A stretch of 64,000 nucleotides of DNA from an uncultured Gemmatimonadales bacterium (GTDB lineage Bacteria; Gemmatimonadota; Gemmatimonadetes; Gemmatimonadales; GWC2-71-9): contig CAVVKJ010000009.1 in the NCBI GenBank assembly GCA_963748815.1, forward strand, positions 32,001 through 96,000, read 5' to 3'. The notes below the pieces were generated by a model, which was given only the letters and a program-made list of their open reading frames with translations, was not told the DNA's origin and ran no database searches. Shown piece by piece: positions 62,101 through 64,000 of this stretch; position 1 is the first letter of the stretch, and each line of letters starts with the position of its first letter. A program made the position numbers and the translations under genes.

Positions 62101-64000
62101 ATCCCAGGTCCGGGTCGCCTGCCCCCAGCGATTGACCAGCGAGCGGGTCCAGAAGCCGCGCGGGTCGGTCATCTGGACGTAGGCGCTGTCCAGCGCCCGG
62201 AGCGCCCCGAGGCCCTGGTACTCCCGCGCCGTGTACCCGATGGTGGGCGTCTGCCAGCTGCCGCTCGAGTCCTGCACGCTGGGAAGCTGCACCTGCACGG
62301 GGCGGAAGCCGAAGGCCGGGTCATACGCCACCACGGTCGTGTCCGCGAGCACGCCGATGCGGCGCTGGAGCACCAGGGTCTTGCTTAGCGCCCCGTAGAC
62401 CGCATAGACATAGCTCGTCGTGTAGGGCGCTCCCGTTGGCGAAGGGATCGAGTCCCGGGTGAGTTGGTTGGTGGGGCCGTCAATCGTCACCTTGGTCTGT
62501 CGGAGCGAGCCGCCCGTCAAGCTGGCCAGATGCGTGAGCGTCCCACCGGCGGTGTAACCGAAGCTGATCTCCTTCCCGACCGGATCCTTCACCTTGAGAA
62601 TCTTGTCGCTCGACCCCTCCCACAGCACCGAGTCGCGCTGGCCATTGACGTCCTGGGTGTACAGCAGGCGCCCCGTCGTCGCCTCGTATACGCTGCGGGC
62701 GAGACTGCCCCGAGGGGAAAGCTCGAGCTGGGCGCCGACCTTCTGCAGCACCACCTCGCTCCCCGGCGGCGCCAGGAAAAGGCTGTCCCCATTCCCCCGG
62801 AACACGCTCACCGCGCCGGTGGCCGAGACCAGCAGCCGGTCGTTCCCCGCCGGCACCAGCAGCACCCCCGCCGTCGGCCACCACCCCGATCCGTACCGCG
62901 TGGCCCGCCGGTCCACCAGCACCACCTCCACCGAATCGCTCGAGCTCCGGGTCGTGCCCCCGGACGTGACCCGGCCCTCCACCCGGAGCCACTTCCGGGT
63001 CGGGGTCGGAAACGTGCTCCCCATGAAGTCACCTTGCAGCACCGCCCGGCACCGCCGCACCGAGCCGGTGAGGCAGGTCGGGCTCGCGAACCGCACCGAG
63101 TCGAGCACCGTGGTCCCGTCCTGCAGCACAAAGGTGAGGTCGTCCGGCGTCCCGGCCGGCCAGGTGAGCTCCAGGTCCACCGGCACCAGCACCCGGGGAT
63201 ACGACTGCCGCGTCGAATAGACCAGCCCCGTGCTCCGCGGCACGCCGCGCGACACGTACGGTACCGTGCTCACCCCCGCCTCGATTTCTCCGGCGGTGAC
63301 CGCGAGCCCGGGGCCGAAGGGCGAGCTGAAGGCCCGCCCCAGCGCTTCGGACGGCACGCCGCTGAAACCCAGGATCGGCTGCTCATCGCTCGGGAGCACG
63401 ACCCACGGGGTCACGGTGGTGCAGCCCCCGTTGAGTGCGCAGACCCGGAGGCTCAACGCCGCCGAATCCGCCGCGCCCGAGCCCACCGTCCCCAGCCCCT
63501 GGCTCGAATCCGGTTCCCACTCCAGGAGCCCCCGATTCACCCGGGCCTGCCGCGTCACGTCCACCCCCCGCCAGGTGAGTCGCACCGTCGTCGAGTCGAT
63601 CGCCTGCCCGGGGTCCAGTCCGCCGCGCACCCACTGCGCCGACACCCGGGGCTGCCGCGTGCGCACCACCGCCCGGTTCGGCCCCGTGGCAATCGGTGCC
63701 ACCAGCGTGATCACCGGGTTCGCGAGCAAGGTCACCGCCAGCGTATCCGCCGCCGGGCCACCCGTCTTCCCCGTGGCGGTCAGGATCACCTCACCCGCAC
63801 CACTGGTGCCGGTCGCGTAGGTCACATCCACTTCCCGGCTCTGCCCCGGGGTCAGGCTGCTCTGAAAGCTGGGTGTCACGCTCACGCAGGCCACCGCCCC
63901 CGTCGCTGAGCACGCCATGCCGATGTTGATGATGGTGGTGGTGCCGGTGTTCCGCACCAGGAAGGTCCCGACCACCGCACCCTGCCCCGCCGGCTCGGTG
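59164..64000 (-). CDS. Rhs/YD-repeat protein with HExxH C-terminal toxin domain, 5' end beyond the window
   Basis: Many YD repeats, core RYDPYG...WTGREWDAETGFYFHRSRYYDPGVGRFVQEDRIG...DPDG, lower-GC tail with VHEELH. Confidence 0.95.
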   Translation of the reverse strand, partial: TEPAGQGAVVGTFLVRNTGTTTIINIGMACSATGAVACVSVTPSFQSSLTPGQSREVDVTYATGTSGAGEVILTATGKTGGPAADTLAVTLLANPVITLVAPIATGPNRAVVRTRQPRVSAQWVRGGLDPGQAIDSTTVRLTWRGVDVTRQARVNRGLLEWEPDSSQGLGTVGSGAADSAALSLRVCALNGGCTTVTPWVVLPSDEQPILGFSGVPSEALGRAFSSPFGPGLAVTAGEIEAGVSTVPYVSRGVPRSTGLVYSTRQSYPRVLVPVDLELTWPAGTPDDLTFVLQDGTTVLDSVRFASPTCLTGSVRRCRAVLQGDFMGSTFPTPTRKWLRVEGRVTSGGTTRSSSDSVEVVLVDRRATRYGSGWWPTAGVLLVPAGNDRLLVSATGAVSVFRGNGDSLFLAPPGSEVVLQKVGAQLELSPRGSLARSVYEATTGRLLYTQDVNGQRDSVLWEGSSDKILKVKDPVGKEISFGYTAGGTLTHLASLTGGSLRQTKVTIDGPTNQLTRDSIPSPTGAPYTTSYVYAVYGALSKTLVLQRRIGVLADTTVVAYDPAFGFRPVQVQLPSVQDSSGSWQTPTIGYTAREYQGLGALRALDSAYVQMTDPRGFWTRSLVNRWGQATRTWDALGLLAQASFHMDGRVVWTEGKVADSSRVWTQYDSLRQVVKTFWVRAASDTLRLDSLVYNANFRVIRQVDPRDNSTAITYDAVGNPIRTVGPADDSSFVWYRADGRVDSTRRSGAGAVRYAYDGTWQNPSEVTGPYNQLRSRTKYDAQGRDTTTESSLRVADSLGATRIQWRKVRTWYTVANEVDSTVLFRGDNCTAPCYSWPASFDSLHRQAVGYRRDRAGRDTARVDPRGKATTYRLDRLGRVVSRRPWADSATVKDSLVYDLAGNVVKTITRRGYVITTHYDSRNRDTLAVIPTVGTMRKAYQGPADQRTRQWLENPVDSIGGINGELRWGYDQRGRLVADTAWSGTVPRIQTYTYDPWERPTTRTDAVGTWQTRYETARGIPDTLLTPLGDSLALVLDELGRSQSLTTRGPAGTPIHLESRGWNLSGALTAASYQVNVFSSPTWAALALDREDAVDSLGPMLKPFWSRQAGAVATPDSLRDSVVYDGWQRVIGWWQRSSAARAAGSPDSLVSRSYSFDRMDNLFVQGGELFNATTNQLRKSGGFLNYDHAGNLLQKVVPGWTYGYDALERLIWVRQNGVLIARYGYDVTGRRIVKRVYSGATGGTVGYLRMVYAGGQVAFETDSANTGLTTIYTWGPGVDNLLGVTVRDTTYRVVLDPLGSVRALVRRGDGAWVGSLRYDPYGNLIDSAGPQPPLRYRWTGREWDAETGFYFHRSRYYDPGVGRFVQEDRIGYAGGGNVYAYIDGDVLQARDPDGLTKDATWAYLSWDDLCMGVDICFGGGGELRPLTGGASYGQRMANALIEWGAQSSFKFDMYEQYKQNYAALAQSIGGPGTLPEVSAMFEGASALGRGNFYRALDAVTRNTRSSLLFGDLFGSTVVGSFIARLVGGSIFQNARYVHGGGRSPDTRAVTVFGVTIVDERLVFARTNRDDLANTFVHEELHFLFPGASATEAGHCAVYATANYLTDHYLPCIP

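Overview
High-GC bacterial chromosomal segment. Gene content (ADOP-type ABC permeases, alternative complex III, BTAD/TPR regulator, Ig-repeat lipoproteins) suggests Gemmatimonadota; this is inference. From left to right: a cluster of three ADOP/MacB-type permeases with an ATPase and a membrane fusion protein, preceded by a repeated sigma54-like/enhancer architecture; flavin reductases and dodecin; an IorA/IorB molybdoenzyme; an M6 metalloprotease with a dockerin-like tail coupled to a possible cohesin-like lipoprotein; a four-gene, translationally coupled sphingolipid-type operon (SPT, ceramide synthase, ceramide reductase, Aur1-like PAP2); a cupredoxin lipoprotein; an ECF sigma/anti-sigma pair; actABCDEF; housekeeping genes (trmJ-like, ferritin, modBC-like, dinB, TetR, acyl-CoA dehydrogenase, queF, M28 peptidase, gltA, speA, site-2 protease); a BTAD-NTPase-TM-TPR regulator divergent from a small ORF and an Ig-repeat lipoprotein; and an Rhs polymorphic toxin locus with two related HExxH C-termini, each followed by a signal-peptide-bearing immunity gene. 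Intergenic DNA carries (GCGGGGAA)n arrays, a duplicated promoter-bearing palindromic element and REP-like inverted repeats. Seven single-base frameshifts in conserved genes are most likely sequencing or assembly errors. No CRISPR array, tRNA, rRNA or transposase was seen. All calls come from reading motifs by eye; no database searches were run.
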